Positions 11,060 to 21,900 of a DNA stretch of 64,000 nt are shown piece by piece. Source of the stretch: Nitrospirales bacterium (lineage in GTDB: Bacteria; Nitrospirota; Nitrospiria; Nitrospirales; UBA8639); assembly GCA_963422365.1 (NCBI GenBank), contig OY729426.1, forward strand, positions 2,431,696 through 2,495,695, read 5' to 3'. Both the position numbers and the translations under genes were made by a program. The stretch's first letter is position 1. Each line of letters opens with the position of its first letter. The notes beneath the pieces were generated by a model. It did no database searches and was not told the DNA's origin. It saw only the letters and a list, made by a program, of their open reading frames with translations.

Positions 11060-11563
11060 TTAAGGTTGGATGGTTTTCACCACACCCTTTTTCAAAAACA
11101 ACGCAACAGGGATTCGTTGCTCCATAAAGGTTTGCGCGGTCCATTGAAGATCATCCGCCAGGGTTTCCTGGGATAACGTTCGATGAGGAATCCGAATCGT
11201 CTCCATCAACTGCGGCATGGTTTGCCCCATCACCACGTGTTCCGGGGCATCTTTCCCTTCAAAACCTCTCCAAGAAATAATCAGCAAGCAAGGGATCCTG
11301 TAGATCAAATGAAGTGACATCAGCACATTCAAGGCATTCCCCAGCCCTGAATTCTGCATAAGAACGACAGGGATTTTTCCACCCAAAAACGCCCCTGCGG
11401 CCATGGCAACCGCCTCATCTTCACGCACCGACGGTGTATAGAGCCGGCGTTCACTTAACACTTCAATGATCCCGCCTAAAATCGTATCTGGCACACCGGT
11501 AAAAAAATCAAATCCAATATCCCTGAGTGCTTTCACAAAATCATCACTGTCGATCACGGCCAT
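11060..11563 (-). CDS. Phosphonopyruvate/sulfopyruvate decarboxylase alpha subunit
   Basis: FFTGVPD, REDEAVAMAAG, MQNSGLGN and WRG...DAPEH motifs; ATG at 11563 chosen as start. Confidence 0.85.
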   Translation of the reverse strand: MAVIDSDDFVKALRDIGFDFFTGVPDTILGGIIEVLSERRLYTPSVREDEAVAMAAGAFLGGKIPVVLMQNSGLGNALNVLMSLHLIYRIPCLLIISWRGFEGKDAPEHVVMGQTMPQLMETIRIPHRTLSQETLADDLQWTAQTFMEQRIPVALFLKKGVVKTIQP

Positions 11564-11865
11564 GACATCGTTCCTGAATGTGTTTAAAAAACATGCCTTC
11601 CTGGAAAAAGAATGTCTTTCCAAAAGTAGAGGGATTGGGGAAGCAAGAAGATCCACTCCGTGTCAAAACAAAAAACGGCACGGAATCATCTCTTTCTCCT
11701 AGCGAAAGAGATTATAACGAAGGGGTCGCATGCTTCTCAACAAACAGAACTGATTTCTTTTGAAACCGCCTCTCACAATTGCGGAGATTTGGTCCAGCAA
11801 TGTACACTCTCAGGCGTTACGCACAGAGTGTTGAGAGATAACCCGTTACAAGGAGCGTGGAGTGT

Positions 11866-12291
11866 ATGAAACGTGGACAGACAGGAGAGGCGCTAGATAC
11901 GAAACGACATGCCAAAAGCGGTATTACCACACCACTCCCCCCTTTGGAAACCTGGCCTAACCAATTTCCCGGGACTGAGATCACGATCGAGATACCGGAA
12001 TATACCGCCATGTGTCCGAAAACCCAACTCCCGGACTTTGGTACAATCACAATTCGTTACATGCCGCAAAAATCCTGCGTCGAGCTCAAGTCGCTCAAGC
12101 TCTACATCCATGCCTATCGCAACGTCGGCATCTTTTACGAAAACGCCGTCAACCGCATCCTTCAAGATTTCGTGAAAGCCTGCCGACCCGAATGGGCCAT
12201 CGTGACCGGAATGTTTACGGCTCGCGGCGGTCTCAGCAGCACCATTCAAGCGAACTACCCGAAAGACGGATCACGACTTCGCAAAGGTTGA
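11866..12291 (+). CDS. queF: NADPH-dependent 7-cyano-7-deazaguanine reductase
   Basis: EYTAMCPKTQLPDFG and VELKSLKLY QueF motifs. Confidence 0.95.
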   Translation: MKRGQTGEALDTKRHAKSGITTPLPPLETWPNQFPGTEITIEIPEYTAMCPKTQLPDFGTITIRYMPQKSCVELKSLKLYIHAYRNVGIFYENAVNRILQDFVKACRPEWAIVTGMFTARGGLSSTIQANYPKDGSRLRKG

Positions 12292-12343
12292 CCGCTTCTG
12301 ACACCCTGAGTAAGTCTGCAATCCAGACTCTGTTGAGCAAGCA

Positions 12344-12741
12344 ATGGGCCTAACCTTCATCAAAGCAAGTATTATCAATCCCGCGAGTCCACGAAGGAAG
12401 ACCCGCCTAGCTTTTTTAGTGGATTCGGGAACGGTCTACTCTGTTGTCCCCAAACAACACTTAAAGCGAATCGGCATCCAACCGCACAGCACTCGGATCT
12501 TCACACTCACCGACGGCACCCAAATTACCAGGGAAATCGGTGACGCGATCTTGCCATTAACGGAGATCGAGCAGCATCCCCCGTCATTTTCGGTGAGGCT
12601 GGGGATAGCCTGCTTTTTGGCACGGTTTCCCTCGAAGCTCTAGGGCTGATCCTCGACCCGATCCGGCGTGAGCTCCGTCCTCTCCCCATGGTCCTTGGTC
12701 AAAGGCGACCGAACGTACAGGAATGTCGGATACGGCTTTAA
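12344..12741 (+). CDS. Retropepsin-like aspartyl protease family protein, frameshifted near 12551
   Basis: FLVDSG motif; after a frame change reads ASPVIFGEAGDSLLFGTVSLEALGLILDP, the typical C-terminus of this family. Confidence 0.75.
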
Positions 12742-13880
12742 TGGCTATGGTAGAACTCGCCGATACGCTGAACAACCAATTCCATCTGCGAGTCAGTGAG
12801 TTCAGGATAAATCGGCAGGGACAACACTTCTCGAGCCATTCGCTCCGAGACTGGAAGATCACCTTTCTGGTACCCAAGGTGTTGGTAACATTCCTGAAGA
12901 TGAAGGGGGACAGGGTAATACACTTTATGACCAATTTCATGTTCCTTCAAATAGGCCATCAACTCGTCGCGCCGTTGGGCACGAATGGTATATTGGTTAA
13001 AGACATGGACGTTGCTTGGATCCGTCGTTGGCAGCGTGATGCGCTCCAATAAACCCACTTCAGCAAAAAGCCGATCATAGTTCGCCGCGTTCCAAGCCCG
13101 TTTTTCATTCCAGCCGCCCAGGCGGTGCAGCTTGACGTGCAGCACCGCCGCCTCAAGCGCATCAAGCCGACTGTTGAGCCCAATATGGTCGTGATGGTAG
13201 TCTGACCGGCTTCCATGGACTCGCAACGAGAGGAGCCGTTCACGAAGGTTTCGATCATTCGTCACGATTAACCCTCCATCACCCACGCCTCCAAGATTTT
13301 TAGACGGGAAAAAGCTGAAGCACCCCGAATACCCGAAAGTCCCGGCTTTTCGGCCACGTCGACTGGCCCCTATGGATTGGCAGGCATCTTCGATGACCTT
13401 GACGCCATGTCGATCAGCCACTTCCATGATATGCTCCATATCGGAACATTGACCGAAGAGATGCACAGGGATGATGGCTTTCGTGCGAGGCGTGATGGCT
13501 TTGTCAAGCTGGTCGGGATCCATCGTAAAGGTGTCGGCCCGGATATCGACAAAGACCGGCACGCCGTGTAACAGGGAGACCACCCCTGCCGTGGAAAAAA
13601 AGGTAAACGGCACGGTAATCACTTCATCGCCAGGCTCCACTCCTACCGTCATTAAGGACAACCATAACGCATCGCTTCCCGAGGCCACGCCAACGGCATA
13701 CCGACACTCAAGATAGTCGGCGATGGCTGCTTCAAAGGCCTCAACCCGTTGACCGAGGATAAAGCTTTGATCCTCGCAGACCCCTTGGATCGCTGACAGG
13801 ACATCCGAACGAATCTGCTGAAACTGCGCTTTCAAATCCAATAAGGGGATCTTCACGGACGGTCTCGCTCCTGTTACCAT
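12738..13880 (-). CDS. DegT/DnrJ/EryC1/StrS family aminotransferase
   Basis: IPLLDL, SGSDAL, IEDACQSIG, FSFFPSKNLG and NSRLD motifs; start could be GTG at 13856. Confidence 0.92.
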   Translation of the reverse strand: MVTGARPSVKIPLLDLKAQFQQIRSDVLSAIQGVCEDQSFILGQRVEAFEAAIADYLECRYAVGVASGSDALWLSLMTVGVEPGDEVITVPFTFFSTAGVVSLLHGVPVFVDIRADTFTMDPDQLDKAITPRTKAIIPVHLFGQCSDMEHIMEVADRHGVKVIEDACQSIGASRRGRKAGTFGYSGCFSFFPSKNLGGVGDGGLIVTNDRNLRERLLSLRVHGSRSDYHHDHIGLNSRLDALEAAVLHVKLHRLGGWNEKRAWNAANYDRLFAEVGLLERITLPTTDPSNVHVFNQYTIRAQRRDELMAYLKEHEIGHKVYYPVPLHLQECYQHLGYQKGDLPVSERMAREVLSLPIYPELTDSQMELVVQRIGEFYHSH

Positions 13881-13997
13881 AGGTGAATCGAGGATAGCGT
13901 ATTCAAGCATACCCGAAAGGAACGAGCAAGTCAGAAGCGCCACCCTTTTTCCTCTTGATGCTCCAGCCCCATTGTCTCCATACTATTGGTGAATGTC

Positions 13998-14534
13998 ATG
14001 AACTATTGCAGCAACTGTGGAGCACGACTCATCATGAAAATCCCCGTTGGGGATACGTTGCTCCGATTCGTCTGTAAGCATTGCCAGACCATTCATTATG
14101 AAAATCCAAAAATTGTGGTGGGCTGTCTTCCTGAATGGGAAGACCAGATCCTCCTGTGCAAACGAGCCATTGAGCCACGTTATGGACTCTGGACGTTTCC
14201 CGCAGGGTTTATGGAAAAGCACGAAACCCTTGAAGACGCTGCCGCTCGTGAGACCTTAGAAGAAGCCGAAGCCTGGGTGGAGATCTCCCAGCTTTACGCG
14301 ATTTTCAGCATTCCGCACGTGAACCAAGTGTATATCGTTTTTCGCGGAACCATGAAACATGCAACATTCGGCGCAGGGAGGGAAAGTCTGGAAGTCGCTC
14401 TTTTTAAACGAGAAGAGATTCCATGGTCGAAGCTGGCCTTTCGAGTGATTCATGAAATATTAGAGCGCTATTGCAAAGACAGCAATCATGTTCCGGTTCA
14501 CCTGGGAACCATCCTTGACACTCCTCAACCATAA
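13998..14534 (+). CDS. Nudix hydrolase with N-terminal zinc ribbon
   Basis: CSNCG...CKHC followed by Nudix box GFMEKHETLEDAAARETLEE. Confidence 0.9.
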   Translation: MNYCSNCGARLIMKIPVGDTLLRFVCKHCQTIHYENPKIVVGCLPEWEDQILLCKRAIEPRYGLWTFPAGFMEKHETLEDAAARETLEEAEAWVEISQLYAIFSIPHVNQVYIVFRGTMKHATFGAGRESLEVALFKREEIPWSKLAFRVIHEILERYCKDSNHVPVHLGTILDTPQP

Positions 14535-14579
14535 CTCGTCGATTGCTGCTTTTCCACGCTACAAGTTCCGAACAACGGC

Positions 14580-15008
14580 TCACGAGGCCGCATAGACAAT
14601 CACTCCATACCGCGTTGCTTTACCAATGGCTATCCACAACAAGGCCTGAAGCCAATGAAGGCGGAGCCACCCACCGACCAAACACAGCGAATCCCCCACG
14701 ACAGGCACCCAAGACAAGATCAAGGCTGGGCTCCCCCATTGCCGCACCCATTGAAGAGGTCGGTGATACTTGGGTTGAGTGAAATGGTTGGCCGGATACC
14801 ACCAACCGAAAAAACATCCGACGCCCCACAGGCTCATCCCGCCCAACGTATTCCCTGCCGAGGCAACGCCCAAAAGGATCCATGGATCATACTCATCCTG
14901 GACGGCCAAGATCGCCAACACGGCCTCAGATCCACCAGGGAGAAGAGTCGAAGCAAGAAAGGCACTCAGAAACAAGACCCACAGGCCTGAACCGTCAATC
15001 GTCGTCAC
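14580..15008 (-). CDS. YqaA-family (DedA/VTT) membrane protein
   Basis: LFLSAFLASTLLPGGSE, GNTLG and SWVPVVGD motifs. Confidence 0.88.
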   Translation of the reverse strand: MTTIDGSGLWVLFLSAFLASTLLPGGSEAVLAILAVQDEYDPWILLGVASAGNTLGGMSLWGVGCFFGWWYPANHFTQPKYHRPLQWVRQWGSPALILSWVPVVGDSLCLVGGWLRLHWLQALLWIAIGKATRYGVIVYAAS

Positions 15009-15227
15009 ACCCTGTCATCATAGGATTGTGCAAAAGCCTGTGGATGGCAAGAGAGTCAGGGTGAGTGCCCGTTCATTGCGCCAACAAACCCGGCACCAGG
15101 ACGAGGATCTCGCCATCGTCACAAGACCTCGCTACACGCTCCACCAGCCTGGGAGTGCGCCTTGGCTTCTTGAAGACTTTGGAGAATCATTCGAGACATC
15201 CCAGCGCACGAGTAGTGTCAATACAAC

Positions 15228-15926
15228 CTAAAACAAGCCTTTTTCGATCCTGAAAATATCCGGATCCTTGGTATTTTCAATATAGGAGAGCCATAGTGAA
15301 GCAACCCGGTCCTGCGATTCGTCATTCTCGTCTCCTTCTCCCTCTGCAGCAGGCACCTTTCTACTGATAAGTTGCAGCAGCACCATTCGTTCCCGTTCGT
15401 CGGTTGCGCGAAAAACGACAAAAACGCTGTCGTCAAGGCGCGTGTTTATCAACGTCCTATCAGGAGCAAAGCCTAATGCACTGAAGTATTTTCGAATGAC
15501 GTTGGCGGTCGTTACCAACGCTTGTGGGTCCGGATCCTCGGTCACGGGCAATCCCCACAAAATATTAATCTGAATCAGTTTTTCTTGCTTGTAACCGTGA
15601 ATATAAACGACGCGAGCCGGTCCGCTGCCAGGGAAGAGGCCCGTCACAGTCGCCACCAGACTGGAAGTCCTGTCTTCGTCATTCGGCTGCACCACGATAT
15701 CTTCTTGCCCAAGCTGAAAATCGCGTTGTATGGCCTCCAGAGTTTTCGACTGCGACATCCCGAAGAGAGCCGAACGAAACCCCGTTATTTGGGGACCGAC
15801 GGCTTCTTTGATAGTCGTATTCTCTAGCGCCGCAAAACTCTCCGCATCAACGCATAAAATAGGCACTCCAGCCAAGACAGCAAGGGCAGCGACAATAAAC
15901 GCAGAGGTCCTAACCGTATCCATCAT
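15228..15926 (-). CDS. Hypothetical exported protein, third gene of TPS operon (copy 1)
   Basis: 232-aa ORF 18 bp after the tpsA stop, with an AGGGGG RBS-like run and hydrophobic N-terminal signal-like segment. Confidence 0.75.
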   Translation of the reverse strand: MMDTVRTSAFIVAALAVLAGVPILCVDAESFAALENTTIKEAVGPQITGFRSALFGMSQSKTLEAIQRDFQLGQEDIVVQPNDEDRTSSLVATVTGLFPGSGPARVVYIHGYKQEKLIQINILWGLPVTEDPDPQALVTTANVIRKYFSALGFAPDRTLINTRLDDSVFVVFRATDERERMVLLQLISRKVPAAEGEGDENDESQDRVASLWLSYIENTKDPDIFRIEKGLF

Positions 15927-15944
15927 AACCTGATTTCCCCCTAA

Positions 15945-18900
15945 CTATCGCTTATAGTGGTCTTCATCATTCCCACCATGCGTATTCATCATGGCATCCG
16001 TTCCGAGGTGCCTCCACACGTCTCGCATGCCACCGGGCAACGTATCGTAGATCGACTCCATTCCGGTTTGCGGTTTCAACAACGCAAATGGCATCTCAAA
16101 GACATTGACTGGATACGAACGATCCATTGCACCCATAACAGAAGCCCTCAATATCGGGGAGAACGGCAGAAAAACGACATCGCCTGGTGCCCCTCCCCAG
16201 CGCCATGTTGTATTCGGAAGCGGCAAAGCAGCCAGTTCTGCATATTGTCGTATCTCTGGTCCGATGCCGAGACTGGTGAAGTCATTCAATTTGTACATGC
16301 CTGGGACCTTGTTGCGGATTATAGTCTTACTGGCAGCACCCTGTCCGGCTTCACCGCCAACCGTACCCTTGATATCTACACTTTTTGCCTCAATCGTCAA
16401 AGAGTCAACTTCCACGGTCACGCCAATATGATTACTACTCTTTAACGTAACATCTTTCGCAATGATCCTTCCCTTGATATCTTTCGTGCTGACGTTGACA
16501 AAGGTATCGGAATAAAGGGTGCTGAATCCGAAATCACTTGTTCCGGTCCCCGCAAGCTGTTGGAAAGAAGTCACTCTCATCGAAGTGCCTACTGTGACGT
16601 CATGGGCCTTGGTGATCGTCATCGCCCCCAGTTTGGCAGTGGAGCCGACATCTCCCTCGAAATGTATAGTCCCGGTATCCGCGTCCAGGCTCAGCGCATA
16701 CCCGCCGTCGATCGTCGACGTGAACCGGATGTCGCCGTCCGTGCCGTCAGCGTTGGCGTCACTGTTGACCGTCACGGCCCCGGCTAACGTCACCGGGCCG
16801 GTGAAGGTCACGTGGCCGTCGTCACTGCGGTACGCCCCGGCCAGCGTGAGGCCCGTGGTGCCCGTCACATCCATGTCGCCCGTCGCCGTCACTGCAGCCA
16901 GCGCCACCGCGCCACCCGTCACCGTGAGGCTCGTTACCGCGGTCGTGCCACCCACCGCCCCGACCAGCGTGATCGCGCCGGTATCCGCGTCCAGGCTCAA
17001 CGCCTGCCCCCCGTCAATGGTCGACGTGAACCGGATGGCGCCAGCCGTGCTGTCAGCGTTGGCGTCACTGTTGACCGTCACGGCCCCGGCTAACGTCACC
17101 GGGCCGGTGAAGGTCACGTTACCATCGTCACTGCGGTACACCCCCGCCAGCGTGAGGCCCGTGGTGCCCGTCACATCCATGTCGCCCGTCGCCGTCACCG
17201 CAGCCAGCGCCACCGCGCCACCCGCCACCGTGAGGCTCGCCACCGCGGTGGTGCCACCCACCGCCCCGACCAGCGTGATCGCGCCGGTATCCGCATCCAG
17301 CACCAGCGCCTGCCCGCCGTCAATGGTCGACGTGAACCGGATGGCCCCGTCCGTGCCGTCGCCGTTGGCGTCACTGTTGACCGTCACGGCCCCGGCTAAC
17401 GTCACCGGGCCGGTGAAGGTCACGTCGCCGTCGTTACTGCGGTACGCCCCGGCCAGCGTGAGGCCCGTGCCCGTCACATCAATGTCGCCCGTCGCCGTCA
17501 CCGCAGCCAGCGCCACCGCGCCACCCCTCACCGTGAGGCTCGTTACCTTTACCGCCCCGGCCAGCGTGAGGCCCGCGATCCCCCTCACATCAACAGCCCC
17601 CGTCGCCGTCACCGCAGCCAGCAACACCGCGCCACCCGCCACCGTGAGGCTCGCCACCGGGGTGGTGCCACCCACCGCCCCGGCCAGCGTGATCGCGCCG
17701 GTATCCGCATCCAGCACCAGCGCCTGCCCGCCGTCAATGGTCGACGTGAACTCAATGGCCCCGTCCGTGCCGTCGCCGTTGGCGTCACTGTTGACCGTCA
17801 CGTCCCCGGCTAACGTCACCGGGCCGGTGAAGATCATGTTACCGTCGTCACTGCGGTACACCCCGGCCAGGGTGAGGCCCGTCCCCGTCACATCAATGTC
17901 GCCCGTCGCCGTCACCGCAGCCAACGCCACCGCGCCACCCGCCACCGTGAGGCTCGCCACCGCGGTGGTGCCACCCACCGCCCCGGCCAGCGTGATCGCG
18001 CCGGTATCCGCGTCCAGCGTCAGCGCATACCCCCCGTCGATCGTCGACGTGAACTCAATGTCGCCGGCTGTGCCGTCGCCGTCGGCGTCACTGTTGACCG
18101 TCACGTCCCCGGCTAACGTCACCGGGCCGGTGAAGGTAATAGTGCCGTCGTCACTGCTGTACTCCCCAGCCAGCGTGATGCCCGTCGTAGCCGTCACCAC
18201 CATGTTGCCCGTACCGGCTTCACCGCCAACCGTACCCTTGATATCTACACTTTTTGCCTCAATCGTCAAAGAGTCAACTTCCACGGTCACGCCAATATGA
18301 TTACTACTCTTTAACGTAACATCTTTCGCAATGATCCTTCCCTTGATATCTTTCGTGCTGACGTTGACAAAGGTATCGGAATAAAGGGTGCTGAATCCGA
18401 AATCACTTGTTCCGGTCCCCGCAAGCTGTTGGAAAGAAGTCACTCTCATCGAAGTGCCTACTGTGACGTCATGGGCCTTGGTGATCGTCATCGCCCCCAG
18501 TTTGGCAGTGGAGCCGACATCTCCCTCGAAATGTATAGTCCCGGTATCCGCGTCCAGGCTCAGCGCATACCCCCCGTCGATCGTCGACGTGAACCGGATG
18601 TCGCCGTCCGTGCCGTCAGCGTTGGCGTCACTGTTGACCGTCACGGCCCCGGCTAACGTCACCGGGCCGGTGAAGGTCACGTTACCATCGTCACTGCGGT
18701 ACGCCCCCGCCAGCGTGAGGCCCGTGCCCGTCACATCAATGTCGCCCGTCGCCGTCACTGCGGCCAGCGCCACCGCGCCACCCGTCACCGTGAGGCTCGT
18801 TACCGCGGTGGTGCCACCCACCGCCCCGGCCAATGTGATCGCGCCGGTATCCGCATCCAGGCTCAGCGCCTGCCCCCCGTCGATGGTCGACGTGAACTCA

Positions 18901-21900
18901 ATGGCGCCAGCCGTGCCGTCGCCGTTGGCGTCACTATTGACCGTCACGGCCCCGGCTAACGTCACCGGGCCGGTGAAGGTCACGTCGCCATCGTCACTGC
19001 GGTACGCCCCGGCCAGCGTGAGGCCCGTGCCCGTCACATCCATGTCGCCCGTCGCCGTCACCGCAGCCAGCGCCACCGCGCCACCCGTCACCGTGAGGCT
19101 CGCCACCGCGGTGGTGCCACCCACCGCCCCGACCAGCTGGATCGCGCCGGTATCCGCGTCCAGGCTCAGCGCCTGCCCCCCGTCGATGGTCGACGTGAAC
19201 CGGATGGCGCCGGCCGTGCCGTCAGCGTTGGCGTCACTGTTGACCGTCACGGCCCCGGCTAACGTCACCGGGCCGGTGAAGGTCACGTTACCATCGTCAC
19301 TGCGGTACACCCCCGCCAGCGTGAGGCCCGTGGTGCCCGTCACCGCCATGTCGCCCGTCGCCGTCACCGCAGCCAGCGCCACCGCGCCACCCCTCACCGT
19401 GAGGCTCGCCACCGGGGTCGTGCCACCCACCGCCCCGGCCAATGTGATCGCGCCGGTATCCGCATCCAGGCCAAGCGCATACCCCCCGTCGATCGTCGAC
19501 GTGAACTCAATGTCGCCGTCCGTGCCGTCAGTGTTGGCGTCACTGTTGACCCACACGAAGTCGGCTAACGTCACCGGGCCGGTGAAGGTCACGTGGCCGT
19601 CGTCACTGCGGTACGCCCCCGCCAGCGTGAGGCCCGTGCCCGTCACATCAATGTCGCCCGTCGCCGTCACCGCGGGCAGCGCCACCACCGCACCCGAGGT
19701 CGTCACCGTGAGGCTCGCCACCGCGGTGGTGCCACCCACCGCCCCGGCCAGCGTGATTGCACCGGTATCCGCGTCCAGCGTCAGCGCATACCCCCCGTCG
19801 ATCGTCGACGTAAACTCAATGCCGCCGTCCGTGCCGTCAGCGTTGGCGTCACTGTCGACCGTCACAGCCCCGGCTAACGTCACCGGGCCGGTGAAGGTCA
19901 CGTTACCATCGTCACTGCGGTACACCCCCGCCAGCGTGAGGCCCGTGCCCGTCACCGCCACGGCCCCCGTCGCCGTCACCCCAACCAGCGCCACCGCGCC
20001 ACCCGTCACCGTGAGGCTCGTTACCGCGGTCGTGCCACCCACCGCCCCGACCAGCGTGATCGCGCCGGTATCCGCGTCCAACTCCAGCACCTGCCCGCCG
20101 TCGATGGTCGACGTGAACTCAATGTCGCCGCCCGTGCCGTCAGCGTCGGCGTCACTGTTGACCCACACGAAGTTGGCTAACGTCACCGGGCCGGTGAAGG
20201 TCACGTTACCGTCATTCGAGAGCACGTTTCCCGCCAGCGTGAGGCCCGTCGCCGTCACATCAATGTCGCCCGTCGCCGTCACCGCAGCCAGCGCCACCGC
20301 GCCACCCCTCACCGTGAGGCTCGCCACCGGGGTCGTGCCACCCACCGCCCCAGCCAGCGTGATCGCGCCGGTATCCGCGTCCAGGCTCAACGCATACCCC
20401 CCGTCAATCGTCGACGTGAACTCAATGGCCCCAGCCGTGCCGTCGCCGTCGGCGTCACTGTTGACCGTCACGGCCCCGGCTAACGTCACCGGGCCGGTGA
20501 AGGTGATGTGGCCGTCGCTCGAGAGCACGTTTCCCGCCAGCGTGAGGCCTGTGCCCCTCACCGCCACAGCCCCCGTCGCCGTCACCGCGGGCAGCGCCAC
20601 CGCGCCCGAGGTCATCACCGTGAGGCTCGCCACCGCGGTGCTGCCACCCACCACCCCGGCCAGCCGGATCGCGCCGGTATCCGCGTCCAGGCTCAGCGCA
20701 TACCCCCCGTCAATCGTCGACGTGAACTCAATGGCGCCGTCCGTGCCGTCGTAGTCGGCGTCACTGTTGACCGTCACGGCCCCGGCTAACGTCACCGGGC
20801 CGGTGAAGGTGATGTGGCCGTCGCTCGAGAGCACGTTTCCCGCCAGCGTGAGGCCCATGCCCGTCACCGCCACAGCCCCCGTCGCCGTCACCGCAGCCAG
20901 CGCCACCGCGCCCGAGGTCGTCACCGTGAGGCTCGCCACCGCGGTGCTGCCACCCACCGCCCCGACCAGCCGGATCGCGCCGGTATCCGCGTCCAGGCTC
21001 AGCGCATACCCCCCGTCAATCGTCGACGTGAACCGGATGACCCCGTCCGTGCCGTCGTCGTTGGCGTCACTGTTGACCGTCACGGCCCCGGCTAACGTCA
21101 CCGGGCCGGTGAAGATCACGTTACCGTCATTCGAGAGCACGTTTCCCGCCAGCGTGAGGCCCGTCCCCGTCACCGCCACGGCCCCCGTCACCGTCACCGC
21201 AGCCAGCGACACCGCGCCACCCGTCACCGTGAGGCTCGTCACCGTGGTGGTGCCACCCACCGCCCCGGCCAGCGTGATCGTGCCGCTGCCAGCGGCCAGC
21301 GTCAGCGCATACCCCCCGTCGATGGTCGACGTGAACCGGATGTCGCCGTCCGTGCTGTCGTCGTTGGCGTCACTGTTGACCGTCACGGCCCCGGCTAACG
21401 TCACCGGGCCGGTGAAGATCACGTGGCCGTCGCTCGAGAGCACGTTTCCCGCCAGCGTGAGGCCTGTCGCCGTCACCGCTATGTTGCCCGTCGCCGTCAC
21501 CGCAGCCAGCGACACCGCGCCACCCGTCACCGTGAGGCTCGTTACCGCGGTGGCGCCACCCACCGCCCCGACCAGCGTGATCGCGCCGGTATCCGCGTCC
21601 AGGCTCAGCGCCTGCCCCCCGTCAATCGTCGACGTGAACCGGATGACCCCGTCCGTGCCGTCGTCGTCGGCGTCACTGTTGACCGTCACAGCCCCGGCTA
21701 ACGTCACCGGGCCGGTGAAGGTCACGTTACCATCGTCACTGCGGTACGCCCCCGCCAGCGTGATCCTCGTGGTGCCCGTCACCGCTATGTTCCCCGTCGC
21801 CGTCACCGCGGCCAGCGACACCGCGCCACCCGTCACCGTGAGGCTCGTTACCTCTACCACCCCGGCCAGCGTGAGGCCCGTGCCCGTCACCGCCACAGCC

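Noticed and set aside
11700..11865. preQ1 riboswitch upstream of queF (hairpin ACACTCT...AGAGTGT at ~11804-11831)
   Set aside because: It lacks the recognisable preQ1-I loop and A-rich tail; an Rfam/Infernal scan would be needed.
15228..16345. Contact-dependent inhibition toxin/immunity pair
   Set aside because: There is no VENN-type pre-toxin motif, the C-termini and downstream genes are nearly identical between copies, and the downstream gene looks exported.
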